Shown here in pieces: positions 12,483-26,400 of a DNA stretch of 64,000 nucleotides. Source of the stretch: Balanoglossus misakiensis (lineage: Eukaryota > Animalia > Hemichordata). The notes under the pieces were generated by a model. It was not told the DNA's origin. It saw only the letters and a list, made by a program, of their open reading frames with translations, and searched no databases. The stretch lies in the NCBI GenBank assembly GCA_040954595.2, contig CM082578.2, forward strand, positions 773,740-837,739. The letters are read 5' to 3'. The stretch's first letter is position 1. The number at the start of each line of letters is the position of its first letter. Position numbers and translations under genes: made by a program.

Positions 12483-13194
12483 TAAGCTAAATTTCTAGTT
12501 GCTTGCAACTTACGTAGGCATACGTGTATGTCTATAAACGTTCGTGACCTTTTTATTTTGCTAAAACTCACACACAACTCGTGAAAAAGTTCATATTTTA
12601 GCTAGGACTATACTGTTTTTGTGTTTGTTTTTTTTGCCGGCGGGGGCATTGCTGTACCAAAACATGCATGCTACACGTTTTATCCGATTAACGAGGGTTA
12701 TTTAGAAATGTTTCCGAGCGATTCCCCGTGCGTATAAGCTAAGATCCGTTGTTCTGATTGGCGTCGGTTATCAGACGAAACCGTCTCATTTCTGCTGAAC
12801 GGAAATGCGGCATATAAGCGGACGGTTCTGTGAAGGTCACGCAAGACGGTTACATAACGGGAAACCTGTGTGACCGCAACATAAACGGCACAGTTAGGTC
12901 TGACTTAAACGCAACTTTTCATGCAGTGCGTTTCAAACACCGAAGTTAGTTGGGGGCACGGCCTGCAGTACTGCCGGGTAAGCTGACATCGGCGTACCGC
13001 ATATAATGTAGGGGGGGTAGGGGGAACAGAACGGTTCAATACTACATTTATTAGATATCAGCTAATTTTGGACAATCATCTAAAATCTAAATCATTTTTT
13101 TATATTTGGATATCTGATAATGTATGAAATTTCCATTATATGTAAAAATGGTGCTGATTATAAAAAAATGCACTCTGAATGAGCTGATTTAATA

Positions 13195-13900
13195 CAAAAT
13201 TGCGTTTTATTCGTTTTTGCACAAAAAAGGGCATTTTTAGGAAAAACATTCTTTATTGTTTTAATTCGGTGACCTGATCATATATAAACAATTGCTTGTA
13301 TGTTAAAAGTGTTTATGACTCTTAAAAGCAGTGACACTGGCGGCATTCAACACGAAAATAACAATTTTAGCCACATTTTGGTCAAAAATGGTAAATTTTT
13401 GAAAATTACGGAAAATAACTGTTTTCTACATTTTCGGTAATCTGATGGAGTATAGAATGCTCTTCGTATGTATATATCGATACAATTTCCACAAAAGACC
13501 GTCTAATTTGGCTCACTGCAGACAAAATTGCGTTTTAACAAATTTTCCTTGAAAATGTCATTTTTAGAAAAAAAAAATAAAAAAACCTTTGTTCTTCGAA
13601 TTTGGTGCCCTGATCATATATGACATGTTGATTGTATGTTAAAAACCCGTACCACTCCAAAAATGCAGAGATATTGACGGAATTCAAGAAAAAATAGCCA
13701 TTTTGGCCATATTTTGACAAAAATGGTAAATTTTTAAAAAAATCATAAAAAATTAACTCTTTTCTTCATTTTCGGAAATATTATGGAGCATGAAGTGTCG
13801 TTCTCTTGTAAAAAGTGCTGCAAAATCCAGAAAAGGCGGTATAATTTGAATCACCCAAGACAAAATTACCATTTTCGACTTTTTTTCGAAAAATTGTCTT
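13195..13900. repeat. Diverged AT-rich tandem duplication, ~330-bp period
   Basis: CAAAATTGCGTTTT at ~13195 and ~13523, CAAAATTACCATTTT at ~13861; AAAAATGGTAAATTTTT repeated. Confidence 0.65.
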
Positions 13901-13974
13901 TTTTACAAAAAAAATAAGAATAAATTCTTTTCTTAGTTTCAAACGGGTAGAGATACTTTCCACACGGGTTTTCT

Positions 13975-14125
13975 AACATTGAATTCCCGTTCATCAACTC
14001 AGATTTCCTACAGCATAAGTCGGCTAAAACCTTGACACTCTAGAGTGGAAACAGTTGCACACTGGTAACGTTGAACAAGTCGATTTTTCTACGGCCTGGC
14101 TCGGTTAAATCTCCGTCACATTAGT
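13975..14125 (-). repeat. ~2 reverse-strand copies of the 82-bp unit seen at 810-1305
   Basis: Reverse complement reads CCGAGCCAGGCCGTAGAAAAATCGACTTGTTCAACG...CTCTAGAGTG...TTTTAGCCGA...TAGGAAATCTGAGTTGATGAACG. Confidence 0.7.
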
Positions 14126-14229
14126 CCTGTTTCAAAATGACCTACATTACACGTCCTATACACATGTATTACATGTTCTGATTGGTTTATCCGCTTCTCT
14201 AAGGTCCACTTGCGGCACGCTGATTGGAG

Positions 14230-14438
14230 GGACCTTGTAGGTTAGGTCTTATTACTATGCATTATTCACTTTACAGCTCCCTGATTGGTTAACGTGTCAG
14301 TCTGGTCCCCCGTGTGTTCACTGCCTCATTATACAGGACCTTGTAGGTTAGGTCTTATTAATATGTATTTATTCACCATACAGCTCCCTGATTGGTTAAT
14401 GTGTCAGTCTGGTCCCCCATGTGTTCACTGCCTCATTA
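14230..14438. repeat. 106-bp tandem duplication directly preceding the satellite
   Basis: GGACCTTGTAGGTTAGGTCTTATTA...GTGTTCACTGCCTCATTA starts at 14230 and 14336. Confidence 0.9.
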
Positions 14439-17400
14439 ACCAGGCCAGGGTGGCCAGTGTCGTGCCCATTATTTTTGAGTGTTTGGTGGGGTCAACCTTT
14501 GCGTCAACCTTAACCAGGCCAGGGTGGCCAGTGTCGTGCCCATTAATTTTGAGTGTTTGGTGGGGTCAACCTTTGCGTCAACCTTAACAAGGCCAGGGTG
14601 GCCAGTGTCCTTCCCATTAATTTTGAGTGTTTGGTGGGGTCTACCTTTGCGTCAACCTTAACCGGGCAAGAGTGGCCAGTGTCATGCCCATTAATTTTGA
14701 GTGTTTCGTGGGGTCAACCTTTGCGTCAACCTTTACCGTGCCAGAGTGGCCAGTGTCGTGCCAATTAATTTTGAGTGTTTGGTGGGCCGGGTCAACCTTT
14801 GCGTCAACCTTAACCCGGCCAGAGTGGCCACAGTGTCGTGCCCATTAATTTTGAGAGTTTGGTGGGGTCAACCTTTGCGTCAACCTTAACCAGGCCAGGG
14901 TGGCCAGTGTCATGCCCATTAATTTTGAGTGTTTGGTGGGGTCAACCTTTGCGTCAACCTTAACCAGGCCAGGGTGGCCAGTGTCGTGCCCATTAATTTT
15001 GAGTGTTTGGTGGGGTCAACCATTGCGTCAACATTAATTAACCAAGCCAGGGTGGCCAGTGTCGTGCCCATTAATTTTGAGTGTTTGGTGGGGTCAACCT
15101 TTGCATCAACCTTAACCAGGCCAAAGTAGCCAGTGTCGTGCCCATTAATTTTGAGTGTTTGGTGGGGTCAACCTTTCCGTCAACCTTAACCAGGCCAGAG
15201 TGGCCAGTGTCGTGCCCATTAATTTTGAGTGTTTGGTGGGGTCAACCTTTCCGTCAACCTTAACCAGGCCAGAGTGGCCAGTGTCGTGCCCATTAATTTT
15301 GAGTGTTTGGTGGGGTCACCCTTTGCGTCAACCTTAACCAGGCCAGAGTGGCCAGTGTCGTGCCCTTTAATTTTGAGTGTTTGGTGGGGTCAACCTTTGC
15401 GTCAACATTAATTAACCAGGCCAGAGTGGCCAGTGTCGTGCCCATTAATTTTGAGTGTTTGGTGGGGTCAACCTTTGCGTCAATATTAATTAACCAGGCC
15501 AGAGTGGCCAGTGTCGTGTCCATTAATTTTGAGTGTTTGGTGGGGTCAACCTTTGCGTCAACCTTGATTAACCAGGCCAGAGTGGCCAGTGTCGTGCCCA
15601 TTAATTTTGAGTGTTTGGTGGGGTCAACCTTTGCGTCAACATTGATTAGCCAGGCCAGAGTGGCCAGTGTCGTGCCCATTAATTTTGAGTGTTTGGTGGG
15701 GTCAACCTTTGCGTCAACATTAATTAACCAGGCCAGAGTGGCCAGTGTCGTGTCCATTAATTTTGAGTGTTTGGTGGGGTCAACCTTTGCGTCAACCTTG
15801 ATTAACCAGGCCAGAGTGGCCAGTGTCGTGCCCATTAATTTTGAGTGTTTGGTGGGGTCAACCTTTGCGTCAACATTGATTAGCAAGGCCAGAGTGGCCA
15901 GTGTCGTGCCCATTAATTTTGAGTGTTTGGTGGGGTCAACCTTTGCGTCAACCTTGATTAACCAGGCCAGAGTGGCCAGTGTCGTGCCCATTAATTTTGA
16001 GTGTTTGGTGGGGTCAACCTTTGCGTCATCATTGATTAGCCAGGCCAGAGTGGCCAGTGTCGTGCCCATTAATTATGAGTGTTTGGTGGGGTCAACCTTT
16101 GCGTCAACCTTAACCAGGCCAGGGTGGCCAGTGTCGTGCCCATTATTTTTGAGTGTTTGGTGGGGTCAACCTTTGCGTCAACCTTAACCAGGCCAGGGTG
16201 GCCAGTGTCGTGCCCATTAATTTTGAGTGTTTGGTGGGGTCAACCTTTGCGTCAACCTTAACAAGGCCAGGGTGGCCATTGTCGTGCCCATTAATTTTGA
16301 GTGTTTGGTGGGGTCAACCTTTGCGTCAACCTTAACCAGGCCAGAGTGGCCAGTGTCGTGCCCATTAATTTTGAGTGTTTGGTGGGGTCAACCTTTGCGT
16401 CAACCTTAACCAGGCCAGAGTGGCCAGTGTCGTGCCCATTAATTTTGAGTGTTTGGTGGGGTCAACCTTTGCGTCAACCCTAACCAGGCCAGAGTGGCCA
16501 GTGTCGTGCCCTTTAATTTTGAGTGATTGGTGGGGTCAACCTTGGCCAGTGTTGTGCCCATTAATTTTGAGTGTTTGGGGGGTCAACCTTTGCGTCAACA
16601 TTAATTAACCAGGCCAGAGTGGCCAGTGTCGTGCCCATTAATTTTGAGTGTTTGGTGGGGTCAACCTTTGCGTCAACCTTGATTAGCCAGGCCAGAGTGG
16701 CCAGTGTCGTGCCCATTAATTTTGAGTGTTTGGTGGGGTCAACCTTTGCGTCAACATTGATTAACCAGTCCAGAGCTAGTGGCCAGTGTCGCGCCCATTA
16801 ATTTTGAGTGTTTGGTGGGGTCAACCTTTGCGTCAACATTGATTTGCCAGGCCAGAGCTAGTGGCCAGTGTCACGCCCATTAATTTTGAGTGTTTGGTGG
16901 GGTCAACCTTTGCGTCAACATTGATTAGCCAGGCCAGAGCTAGTGGCCAGTGTCGCGCCCATTAATTTTGAGTGTTTGGTGGGGTCAACCTTTGCGTCAA
17001 CATTGATTAGCCAGGCCAGAGCTAGTGGCCAGTGTCGCGCCCATTAATTTTGAGTGTTTGGTGGGGTCAACCTTTGCGTCAACCCTAACCAGGCCAGAGT
17101 GGCCAGTGTCGTGCCCTTTAATTTTGAGTGATTGGTGGGGTCAACCTTGGCCAGTGTCGTGCCCATTAATTTTGAGTGTTTGGTGGGGTCAACCTTTGCG
17201 TCAAAATTAATTAACCAGGCCAGAGTGGCCAGTGTCGAGCCCATTAATTTTGAGTGTTTGGTGGGGTCAACCTTTGCGTCAACCTTGATTAACCAGGCCA
17301 GAGTGGCCAGTGTCGTGCCCATTAATTTTGAGTGTTTGGTGGGGTCAACCTTTGCGTCAACATTGATTAGCCAGGCCAGAGTGGCCAGTGTCGTGCCCAT

Positions 17401-20400
17401 TAATTATGAGTGTTTGGTGGGGTCAACCTTTGCGTCAACCTTAACCAGGCCAGGGTGGCCAGTGTCGTGCCCATTATTTTTGAGTGTTTGGTGGGGTCAA
17501 CCTTTGCGTCAACCTTAACCAGGCCAGGGTGGCCAGTGTCGTGCCCATTAATTTTGAGTGTTTGGTGGGGTCAACCTTTGCGTCAACCTTAACAAGGCCA
17601 GGGTGGCCATTGTCGTGCCCATTAATTTTGAGTGTTTGGTGGGGTCAACCTTTGCGTCAACCTTAACCAGGCCAGAGTGGCCAGTGTCGTGCCCATTAAT
17701 TTTGAGTGTTTGGTGGGGTCAACCTTTGCGTCAACCTTAACCAGGCCAGAGTGGCCAGTGTCGTGCCCATTAATTTTGAGTGTTTGGTGGGGTCAACCTT
17801 TGCGTCAACCCTAACCAGGCCAGAGTGGCCAGTGTCGTGCCCTTTAATTTTGAGTGATTGGTGGGGTCAACCTTGGCCAGTGTTGTGCCCATTAATTTTG
17901 AGTGTTTGGGGGGTCAACCTTTGCGTCAACATTAATTAACCAGGCCAGAGTGGCCAGTGTCGTGCCCATTAATTTTGAGTGTTTGGTGGGGTCAACCTTT
18001 GCGTCAACCTTGATTAGCCAGGCCAGAGTGGCCAGTGTCGTGCCCATTAATTTTGAGTGTTTGGTGGGGTCAACCTTTGCGTCAACATTGATTAACCAGG
18101 CCAGAGCTAGTGGCCAGTGTCGCGCCCATTAATTTTGAGTGTTTGGTGGGGTCAACCTTTGCGTCAACATTGATTAGCCAGGCCAGAGCTAGTGGCCAGT
18201 GTCGCGCCCATTAATTTTGAGTGTTTGGTGGGGTCAACCTTTGCGTCAACATTGATTAGCCAGGCCAGAGCTAGTGGCCAGTGTCGCGCCCATTAATTTT
18301 GAGTGTTTGGTGGGGTCAACCTTTGCGTCAACATTGATTAGCCAGGCCAGAGCTAGTGGCCAGTGTCGCGCCCATTAATTTTGAGTGTTTGGTGGGGTCA
18401 ACCTTTGCGTCAACCCTAACCAGGCCAGAGTGGCCAGTGTCGTGCCCTTTAATTTTGAGTGATTGGTGGGGTCAACCTTGGCCAGTGTCGTGCCCATTAA
18501 TTTTGAGTGTTTGGTGGGGTCAACCTTTGCGTCAAAATTAATTAACCAGGCCAGAGTGGCCAGTGTCGAGCCCATTAATATTGAGTGTTTGGTGGGGTCA
18601 ACCTTTGCGTCAACCTTGATTAGCCAGGCCAGAGTGGCCAGTGTCGTGCCCATTAATTTTGAGTGTTTGGTGGGGTCAACCTTTGCGTCAACATTGATTA
18701 GCCAGGCCAGAGTGGCCAGTGTCGCGCCCATTAATTTTGAGTGTTTGGTGGGGTCAACCTTTGCGTCAACATTGATTAGCCAGGCCAGAGCTAGTGGCCA
18801 GTGTCGCGCCCATTAATTTTGAGTGTTTGGTGGGGTCAACCTTTGCGTCAACATTGATTAGCCAGGCCAGAGCTAGTGGCCAGTGTCGCGCCCATTAATT
18901 TTGAGTGTTTGGTGGGGTCAACCTTTGCGTCAACATTGATTAGCCAGGCCAGAGCTAGTGGCCAGTGTCGCGCCCATTAATTTTGAGTGTTTGGTGGGGT
19001 CAACCTTTGCGTCAACATTGATTAGCCAGGCCAGAGCTAGTGGCCAGTGTCGCGCCCATTAATTTTGAGTGTTTGGTGGGGTCAACCTTTGCGTCAACCT
19101 TGATTAGCCAGGCCAGAGTGGCCAGTGTCGTGCCCATTAATTTTGAGTGTTTGGTGGGGTCAACCTTTGCGTCAACATTGATTAGCCAGGCCAGAGTGGC
19201 CAGTGTCGCGCCCATTAATTTTGAGTGTTTGGTGGGGTCAACCTTTGCGTCAACATTGATTAGCCAGGCCAGAGCTAGTGGCCAGTGTCGCGCCCATTAA
19301 TTTTGAGTGTTTGGTGGGGTCAACCTTTGCGTCAACATTGATTAGCCAAGCCAGAGCTAGTGGCCAGTGTCGCGCCCATAAATTTTGAGTGTTTGGTGTG
19401 GTCAACCTTTGCGTCAACATTGATTAGCCAGGCCAGAGCTAGTGGCCAGTGTCGCGCCCATTAATTTTGAGTGTTTGGTGGGGTCAACCTTTGCGTCAAC
19501 ATTGATTAGCCAGGCCAGAGCTAGTGGCCAGTGTCGCGCCCATTAATTTTGAGTGTTTGGTGGGGTCAACCTTTGCGTCAACATTGATTAGCCAGGCCAG
19601 AGCTAGTGGCCAGTGTCGCGCCCATTAATTTTGAGTGTTTGGTGGGGTCAACCTTTGCGTCAACATTGATTAGCCAGGCCAGAGCTAGTGGCCAGTGTCG
19701 CGCCCATTAATTTTGAGTGTTTGGTGGGGTCAACCTTTGCGTCAACATTGATTAGCCAGGCCAGAGCTAGTGGCCAGTGTCGCGCCCATTAATTTTGAGT
19801 GTTTGGTGGGGTCAACCTTTGCGTCAACATTGATTAGCCAGGCCAGAGCTAGTGGCCAGTGTCGCGCCCATTAGTTTTGAGTGTTTGGTGGGGTCAACCT
19901 TTGCGTCAACATTGATTAGCCAGGCCAGAGCTAGTGGCCAGTGTCGCGCCCATTAATTTTGAGTGTTTGGTGGGGTCAACCTTTGCGTCAACATTGATTA
20001 GCCAGGCCAGAGCTAGTGGCCAGTGTCGCGCCCATTAATTTTGAGTGTTTGGTGGGGTCAACCTTTGCGTCAACATTGATTAGCCAGGCAATGGCTAGTG
20101 GCCAGTGTCGCGCCCATTAATTTTGAGTGTTTGGTGGGGTCAACCTTTGCGTCAACATTGATTAGCCAGGCCAGAGCTAGTGGCCAGTGTCGTGCCCATT
20201 AATTTTGAGTGGTTGGTGGGGTCAACCTTTGCGTCAACCCTAACCAGACCAGAGTGGCCAGTGTCGTGCCCTTTAATTTTGAGTGTTTGGTGGGGTCAAC
20301 CTTGGCCAGTGTCGCGCCCATCAATTTTGAGTGTTTGGTGGGGTCAACCTTTGCGTCAACATTGATTAGCCAGGCCAGAGCTAGTGGCCAGTGTCGCGCC

Positions 20401-23400
20401 CATTAATTTTGAGTGTTTGGTGGGGTCAACCTTTGCGTCAACATTGATTAACCAGGCCAGGCCAGAGCTAGTGGCCAGTGTCGCGCCCATTAATTTTGAG
20501 TGTTTGGTGGGGTCAACCTTTGCGTCAACATTGATTAGCCAGGCCAGAGCTAGTGGCCAGTGTCGCGCCCATTAATTTTGAGTGTTTGGTGGGGTCAACC
20601 TTTGCGTCAACATTGATTAACCAGGCCAGGCCAGAGCTAGTGGCCAGTGTCGCGCCCATTAATTTTGAGTGTTTGGTGGGGTCAACCTTTGCGTCAACAT
20701 TGATTAGCCAGGCCAGAGCTAGTGGCCAGTGTCGCGCCCATTAGTTTTGAGTGTTTGGTGGGGTCAACCTTTGCGTCAACATTGATTAGCCAGGCCAGAG
20801 CTAGTGGCCAGTGTCGCGCCCATTAATTTTGAGTGTTTGGTGGGGTCAACCTTTGCGTCAACATTGATTAGCCAGGCCAGAGCTAGTGGCCAGTGTCGCG
20901 CCCATTAATTTTGAGTGTTTGGTGGGGTCAACCTTTGCGTCAACATTGATTAGCCAGGCCAGAGCTAGTGGCCAGTGTCGCGCCCATTAATTTTGAGTGT
21001 TTGGTGGGGTCAACCTTTCGTCAACATTGATTAGCCAGGCAATGGCTAGTGGCCAGTGTCGCGCCCATTAATTTTGAGTGTTTGGTGGGGTCAACCTTTG
21101 CGTCAACATTGATTAGCCAGGCCAGAGCTAGTGGCCAGTGTCGTGCCCATTAATTTTGAGTGTTTGGTGGGGTCAACCTTTGCGTCAACATTGATTAGCC
21201 AGGCCAGAGCTAGTGGCCAGTGTCGTGCCCATTAATTTTGAGTGGTTGGTGGGGTCAACCTTTGCGTCAACCCTAACCAGACCAGAGTGGCCAGTGTCGT
21301 GCCCTTTAATTTTGAGTGTTTGGTGGGGTCAACCTTGGCCAGTGTCGCGCCCATCAATTTTGAGTGTTTGGTGGGGTCAACCTTTGCGTCAACATTGATT
21401 AGCCAGGCCAGAGCTAGTGGCCAGTGTCGCGCCCATTAATTTTGAGTGTTTGGTGGGGTCAACCTTTGCGTCAACATTGATTAACCAGGCCAGGCCAGAG
21501 CTAGTGGCCAGTGTCGCGCCCATCAATTTTGAGTGTTTGGTGGGGTCAACCTTTGCGTCAACATTGATTAGCCAGGCCAGAGCTAGTGGCCAGTGTCGCG
21601 CCCATTAATTTTGAGTGTTTGGTGGGGTCAACCTTTGCGTCAACATTGATTAACCAGGCCAGGCCAGAGCTAGTGGCCAGTGTCGCGCCCATTAATTTTG
21701 AGTGTTTGGTGGGGTCAACCTTTGCGTCAACATTGATTAGCCAGGCCAGAGCTAGTGGCCAGTGTCGCGCCCATTAGTTTTGAGTGTTTGGTGGGGTCAA
21801 CCTTTGCGTCAACATTGATTAGCCAGGCCAGAGCTAGTAGCCAGTGTCGCGCCCATTAATTTTGAGTGTTTGGTGGGGTCAACCTTTGCGTCAACATTGA
21901 TTAGCCAGGCCAGAGCTAGTGGCCAGTGTCGCGCCCATTAATTTTGAGTGTTTGGTGGGGTCAACCTTTGCGTCAACATTGATTAGCCAGGCCAGAGCTA
22001 GTGGCCAGTGTCGCGCCCATTAATTTTGAGTGTTTGGTGGGGTCAACCTTTCGTCAACATTGATTAGCCAGGCAATGGCTAGTGGCCAGTGTCGCGCCCA
22101 TTAATTTTGAGTGTTTGGTGGGGTCAACCTTTGCGTCAACATTGATTAGCCAGGCCAGAGCTAGTGGCCAGTGTCGTGCCCATTAATTTTGAGTGTTTGG
22201 TAGGGTCAACCTTTGCGTCAACCCTAACCAGACCAGAGTGGCCAGTGTCGTGCCCTTTAATTTTGAGTGTTTGGTGGGGTCAACCTTGGCCAGTGTCGCG
22301 CCCATCAATTTTGAGTGTTTGGTGGGGTCAACCTTTGCGTCAACATTGATTAGCCAGGCCAGAGCTAGTGGCCAGTGTCGCGCCCATTAATTTTGAGTGT
22401 TTGGTGGGGTCAACCTTTGCGTCAACATTGATTAACCAGGCCAGGCCAGAGCTAGTGGCCAGTGTCGCGCCCATTAATTTTGAGTGTTTGGTGGGGTCAA
22501 CCTTTCGTCAACATTGATTAGCCAGGCAATGGCTAGTGGCCAGTGTCGCGCCCATTAATTTTGAGTGTTTGGTGGGGTCAACCTTTGCGTCAACATTGAT
22601 TAGCCAGGCCAGAGCTAGTGGCCAGTGTCGTGCCCATTAATTTTGAGTGTTTGGTGGGGTCAACCTTTGCGTCAACATTGATTAGCCAGGCCAGAGCTAG
22701 TGGCCAGTGTCGTGCCCATTAATTTTGAGTGGTTGGTGGGGTCAACCTTTGCGTCAACCCTAACCAGACCAGAGTGGCCAGTGTCGTGCCCTTTAATTTT
22801 GAGTGTTTGGTGGGGTCAACCTTGGCCAGTGTCGCGCCCATCAATTTTGAGTGTTTGGTGGGGTCAACCTTTGCGTCAACATTGATTAGCCAGGCCAGAG
22901 CTAGTGGCCAGTGTCGCGCCCATTAATTTTGAGTGTTTGGTGGGGTCAACCTTTGCGTCAACATTGATTAACCAGGCCAGGCCAGAGCTAGTGGCCAGTG
23001 TCGCGCCCATCAATTTTGAGTGTTTGGTGGGGTCAACCTTTGCGTCAACATTGATTAGCCAGGCCAGAGCTAGTGGCCAGTGTCGCGCCCATTAATTTTG
23101 AGTGTTTGGTGGGGTCAACCTTTGCGTCAACATTGATTAACCAGGCCAGGCCAGAGCTAGTGGCCAGTGTCGCGCCCATTAATTTTGAGTGTTTGGTGGG
23201 GTCAACCTTTGCGTCAACATTGATTAGCCAGGCCAGAGCTAGTGGCCAGTGTCGCGCCCATTAGTTTTGAGTGTTTGGTGGGGTCAACCTTTGCGTCAAC
23301 ATTGATTAGCCAGGCCAGAGCTAGTAGCCAGTGTCGCGCCCATTAATTTTGAGTGTTTGGTGGGGTCAACCTTTGCGTCAACATTGATTAGCCAGGCCAG

Positions 23401-26400
23401 AGCTAGTGGCCAGTGTCGCGCCCATTAATTTTGAGTGTTTGGTGGGGTCAACCTTTGCGTCAACATTGATTAGCCAGGCCAGAGCTAGTGGCCAGTGTCG
23501 CGCCCATTAATTTTGAGTGTTTGGTGGGGTCAACCTTTCGTCAACATTGATTAGCCAGGCAATGGCTAGTGGCCAGTGTCGCGCCCATTAATTTTGAGTG
23601 TTTGGTGGGGTCAACCTTTGCGTCAACATTGATTAGCCAGGCCAGAGCTAGTGGCCAGTGTCGTGCCCATTAATTTTGAGTGTTTGGTAGGGTCAACCTT
23701 TGCGTCAACCCTAACCAGACCAGAGTGGCCAGTGTCGTGCCCTTTAATTTTGAGTGTTTGGTGGGGTCAACCTTGGCCAGTGTCGCGCCCATCAATTTTG
23801 AGTGTTTGGTGGGGTCAACCTTTGCGTCAACATTGATTAGCCAGGCCAGAGCTAGTGGCCAGTGTCGCGCCCATTAATTTTGAGTGTTTGGTGGGGTCAA
23901 CCTTTGCGTCAACATTGATTAACCAGGCCAGGCCAGAGCTAGTGGCCAGTGTCGCGCCCATCAATTTTGAGTGTTTGGTGGGGTCAACCCTTGCGTCAAC
24001 CTTGATTAGCCTGGCCAGAGCTAGTGGCCAGTGTCGCGCCCATCAATTTTGAGTGTTTGGTGGGGTCAACCTTTGCGTCAACATTGATTAACCAGGCCAG
24101 GCCAGAGCTAGTGGCCAGTGTCGTGCCCATTAGTTTTGAGTGTTTGGTGGGGTCAACCTTTGCGTCAACATTGATTAGCCAGGCCAGAGCTAGTGGCCAT
24201 TGTCGCGCCCATTAGTTTTGAGTGTTTGGTGGGGTCAACCTTTGCGTCAACATTGATTAGCCAGGCCAGAGCTAGTGGCCAGTGTCGCGCCCATCAATTT
24301 TGAGTGTTTGGTGGGGTCAACCCTTGCGTCAACATTGATTAGCCAGGCCAGAGCTAGTGGCCAATGTCGTGCCCATCAATTTTGAGTGTTTGGTGGGGTC
24401 AACCCTTGCGTCAACCTTGATTAGCCTGGCCAGAGCTAGTGGCCTGTGTCGTGCCCATCAATTTTGAGTGTTTGGTGGGGTCAACCTTTGCGTCAACATT
24501 GATTAATCAGGCCAGGCCAGAGCTAGTGGCCAGTGTCGCGCCCATCAATTTTGAGTGTTTGGTGGGGTCAACCCTTGCGTCAACATTGATTAGCCAGGCC
24601 AGAGCTAGTGGCCAATGTCGTGCCCATCAATTTTGAGTGTTTGGTGGGGTCAACCCTTGCGTCAACCTTGATTAGCCTGGCCAGAGCTAGTGGCCTGTGT
24701 CGTGCCCATCAATTTTGAGTGTTTGGTGGGGTCAACCTTTGCGTCAACATTGATTAATCAGGCCAGGCCAGAGCTAGTGGCCAGTGTCGCGCCCATCAAT
24801 TTTGAGTGTTTGGTGGGGTCAACCTTTGCGTCAACATTGATTAGCCAGGCCAGAGCTAGTGGCCAGTGTCGCGCCCATTAATTTTGAGTGTTTGGTGGGG
24901 TCAACCTTTGCGTCAACATTGTTAAGCCAGGCCAGAGCTAGTGGCCAGTGTCGCGCCCATTAATTTTGAGCGTTTGGTGGGGTCAACCTTTGCGTCAACA
25001 TTGATTAGCCAGGCCAGAGCTAGTGGCCAGTGTCGCGCCCATCAATTTTGAGCGTTTGGTGGGGTCAACCTTTGCGTCAACATTGATTAGCCAGGCCAGA
25101 GCTAGTGGCCAGTGTCGCGCCCATCATTTTTGAGCGTTTGGTGGGGTCAACCTTTGCGTCAACATTGATTAGCCAGGCCAGAGCTAGCGGCCAGTGTCGC
25201 GCCCATCAATTTTGAGTGTTTGGTGGGGTCAACCTTTGCGTCAACATTGATTAGCGAGGCCAGAGCTAGCGGCCAGTGTCGCGCCCATCAATTTTGAGTG
25301 TTTGGTGGGGTCAACCTTTGCGTCAACATTGATTAGCCAGGCCAGAGCTAGTGGCCAGTGTCGCGCCCATCAATTTTGAGTGTTTGGTGGGGTCAACCCT
25401 TGCGTCAACATTTATTAGCCAGGCCAGAGCTAGTGGCCAGTGTCGCGCCCATCAATTTTGAGTGTTTGGTGGGGTCAACCCTTGCGTCAACCTTGATTAG
25501 CCTGGCCAGAGCTAGTGGCCAGTGTCGCGCCCATCAATTTTGAGTGTTTGGTGGGGTCAACCCTTGCGTCAACCTTGATTAGCCTGGCCAGAGCTAGTGG
25601 CCAGTGTCGCGCCCATCAATTTTGAGTGTTTGGTGGGGTCAACCCTTGCGTCAACATTGATTAGCCAGGCCAGAACTAGTGGCCAGTGTCGTGCCCATCA
25701 ATTTTGAGTGTTTGGTGGGGTCAACCCTTGCGTCAACCTTGATTAGCCTGGCCAGAGCTAGTGGCCTGTGTCGTGCCCATCAATTTTGAGTGTTTGGTGG
25801 GGTCAACCTTTGCGTCAACATTGATTAACCAGGCCAGGCCAGAGCTAGTGGCCAGTGTCGCGCCCATCAATTTTGAGTGTTTGGTGGGGTCAACCCTTGC
25901 GTCAACATTGATTAGCCAGGCCAGAGCTAGTGGCCAGTGTCGCGCCCATCAATTTTGAGTGTTTGGTGGGGTCAACCCTTGCGTCAACCTTGATTAGCCT
26001 GGCCAGAGCTAGTGGCCAGTGTCGCGCCCATCAATTTTGAGTGTTTGGTGGGGTCAACCCTTGCGTCAACATTGATTAGCCAGGCCAGAACTAGTGGCCA
26101 GTGTCGTGTCCATCAATTTTGAGTGTTTGGTGGGGTCAACCCTTGCGTCAACCTTGATTAGCCTGGCCAGAGCTAGTGGCCTGTGTCGTGCCCATCAATT
26201 TTGAGTGTTTGGTGGGGTCAACCTTTGCGTCAACATTGATTAACCAGGCCAGGCCAGAGCTAGTGGCCAGTGTCGCGCCCATCAATTTTGAGTGTTTGGT
26301 GGGGTCAACCCTTGCGTCAACATTGATTAGCCAGGCCAGAGCTAGTGGCCAGTGTCGCGCCCATCAATTTTGAGTGTTTGGTGGGGTCAACCCTTGCGTC

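Noticed and set aside
15293-16187. 258-aa and 294-aa repetitive ORFs, and the many ~60-aa ORFs in the array
   Set aside because: Artefact of the 78-bp (26-codon) stop-free monomer; frames break wherever monomer length changes.
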